Shown here piece after piece: positions 5,598-6,841 of a DNA stretch of 6,841 bases. A program made the position numbers and the translations under genes. Source of the stretch: an uncultured Muribaculaceae bacterium (GTDB lineage Bacteria > Bacillota_I > Bacilli_A > RF39 > UBA660); contig CAZJTX010000014.1 in NCBI GenBank assembly GCA_964549115.1, positions 1 to 6,841 of the forward strand. Direction: 5' to 3'. The notes beneath the pieces are model-generated. The model worked only from the letters and a program-made list of their open reading frames with translations. It ran no database searches and was not told the DNA's origin. Numbering within the stretch: position 1 is the stretch's first letter; each line of letters opens with the position of its first letter.

Positions 5598-6841
5598 ATG
5601 ATAGATGTAATTGTAGTAGGGGCAGGTCATGCCGGCATAGAAGCAGCACATATAACAGCTAAAATGGGTAAGAAAACCCTCCTTTTAACAATGAATATAA
5701 ACAACATTGCTGATATGGCATGTAATCCTTCAATAGGTGGAACATCTAAAGGAGTAATTGTAAGAGAGGTTGACGCTTTAGGAGGATTAATGGGAAGGGT
5801 AACAGATGTTTCCCATTTTCAAATAAAGATGTTAAACAAGTCTAAAGGCGCAGCAGTAAGGGCCTTACGCGCGCAAGTTGACAAAGTTTTATATCCTAAA
5901 AAAATGTTAGAAGAATTAAACAAAGTGTCAAACTTAGAGTTAAGAGAAGGTAAAGTAGAAGACTTAATTATTGAAGATAAAAAGGTGTTGGGAGTTATTT
6001 TAGATAATGGAGAAAAAATTTATAGCAAAATTGTAATATTAACAACTGGAACTTATACAAAATCTAATATTTTAATTGGAGATGAAAGTATAGAAGAAGG
6101 TCCACATGGTGAAGATAGGTCTAATCATTTAACTGATAACTTAAAAAAAGAAGGTATAAACATTTTAAGACTTAAAACTGGTACTCCTCCTAGAATTAAA
6201 GATTCATCAATTGATTTTACTAATATGATCGTGGAAAAAGGAGACGATGAGTTATATACCTTTAGCTTTGATACAATTCCTAGCTATGATCCTAAAAATC
6301 AAAGAGATTGTTATTTAATATATACACATAAAAAAACTCATGATTTAATTAATGAAAATATAGAAAAAAGCGCTATGTATAGTGGTTTAGTAACCGGCAC
6401 AGGAGCAAGATATTGTCCTTCAATTGAGGATAAGCTTGTAAAGTTTAGCGATAAAGAAAGACATCAAATATTTTTAGAACCAGAAAGTAATTACACTGAT
6501 GAATGGTATTTACAAGGATTTTCTACAAGTTTACCAAGAGACATACAAGAGAAAATGGTACACAGTTTACCAGGTTTAGAAAATGCCGAAATATTAAAGT
6601 ATGCTTACGCTATAGAATATGATGCTATCGATCCAATTCAAATATATCCTAGTTTAGAAAATAAACTTATATCTAATTTATTTACCGCGGGTCAAATAAA
6701 TGGAACAAGTGGATATGAAGAAGCAGCTGGTCAAGGTATAATGGCGGGTATAAATGCTGTATTAAAACTAAATAAAGAAGAACCTTTCATATTAAAAAGA
6801 AGCGAAGCATATATCGGTGTAATGATTGATGACTTAGTAAC
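5598..6841 (+). CDS. mnmG: tRNA uridine 5-carboxymethylaminomethyl modification enzyme MnmG (GidA), N-terminal ~414 codons, runs off the window end
   Basis: Not in the ORF track because it has no stop in the window. The ATG at 5598 lies 1 nt after the mnmE stop. Translation gives MIDVIVVGAGHAGIEAAHITAKMGKKTLLLTMNINNIADMACNPSIGGTSKGVIVREVDALGGLMG.., which has the FAD-binding GxGxxG motif and the canonical MnmG N-terminal signature. The frame stays open to 6841. Confidence 0.95.
   Translation, partial: MIDVIVVGAGHAGIEAAHITAKMGKKTLLLTMNINNIADMACNPSIGGTSKGVIVREVDALGGLMGRVTDVSHFQIKMLNKSKGAAVRALRAQVDKVLYPKKMLEELNKVSNLELREGKVEDLIIEDKKVLGVILDNGEKIYSKIVILTTGTYTKSNILIGDESIEEGPHGEDRSNHLTDNLKKEGINILRLKTGTPPRIKDSSIDFTNMIVEKGDDELYTFSFDTIPSYDPKNQRDCYLIYTHKKTHDLINENIEKSAMYSGLVTGTGARYCPSIEDKLVKFSDKERHQIFLEPESNYTDEWYLQGFSTSLPRDIQEKMVHSLPGLENAEILKYAYAIEYDAIDPIQIYPSLENKLISNLFTAGQINGTSGYEEAAGQGIMAGINAVLKLNKEEPFILKRSEAYIGVMIDDLV

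Noticed and set aside
1-6841. Scan for CRISPR arrays, IS/transposase ends, integrase genes, tRNA genes or long direct/inverted repeats flanking the DGR
   Set aside because: None were seen. The only repeats are short words within 356-542 and the 14-mer inside the RT gene. The mobility status of the cassette cannot be judged from this window.

Overview
This is a very AT-rich bacterial chromosome segment. It reads cleanly with the standard code, and every supported gene is on the + strand. It has two parts.

(1) About 181-2148 looks like the core of a diversity-generating retroelement (DGR). In order it contains:
- an extended -10 promoter;
- a ~125-nt template-repeat (TR) candidate that is GC-richer than its surroundings and packed with in-frame AAY codons, ending in a G-V-R-P-V coding motif and a GC-rich IMH-like element;
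- a ~175-nt non-coding spacer;
- a 115-aa Avd-like four-helix-bundle protein;
- an overlapping 428-aa reverse transcriptase carrying the DGR-type motif 4 (S-I-G-N-I-T-S-Q) and a YMDD catalytic box.

No variable repeat (VR) or target gene is visible. The first ~65 nt may be the C-terminal tail of the target gene, which would place the VR just upstream of the window.

(2) 2129-6841 is the conserved origin-proximal housekeeping cluster rpmH-rnpA-yidC-jag(khpB)-mnmE-mnmG (mnmG truncated by the window end). The genes are packed with 1-nt gaps or overlaps. The cluster is driven by a perfect TTGACA-17-TATAAT promoter that lies inside the last codons of the RT gene.

rpmH and mnmG are absent from the supplied ORF track and were found by reading the sequence. 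All minus-strand ORFs in the track look like antisense artefacts. Every homology statement comes from motif recognition by eye; no searches were run.
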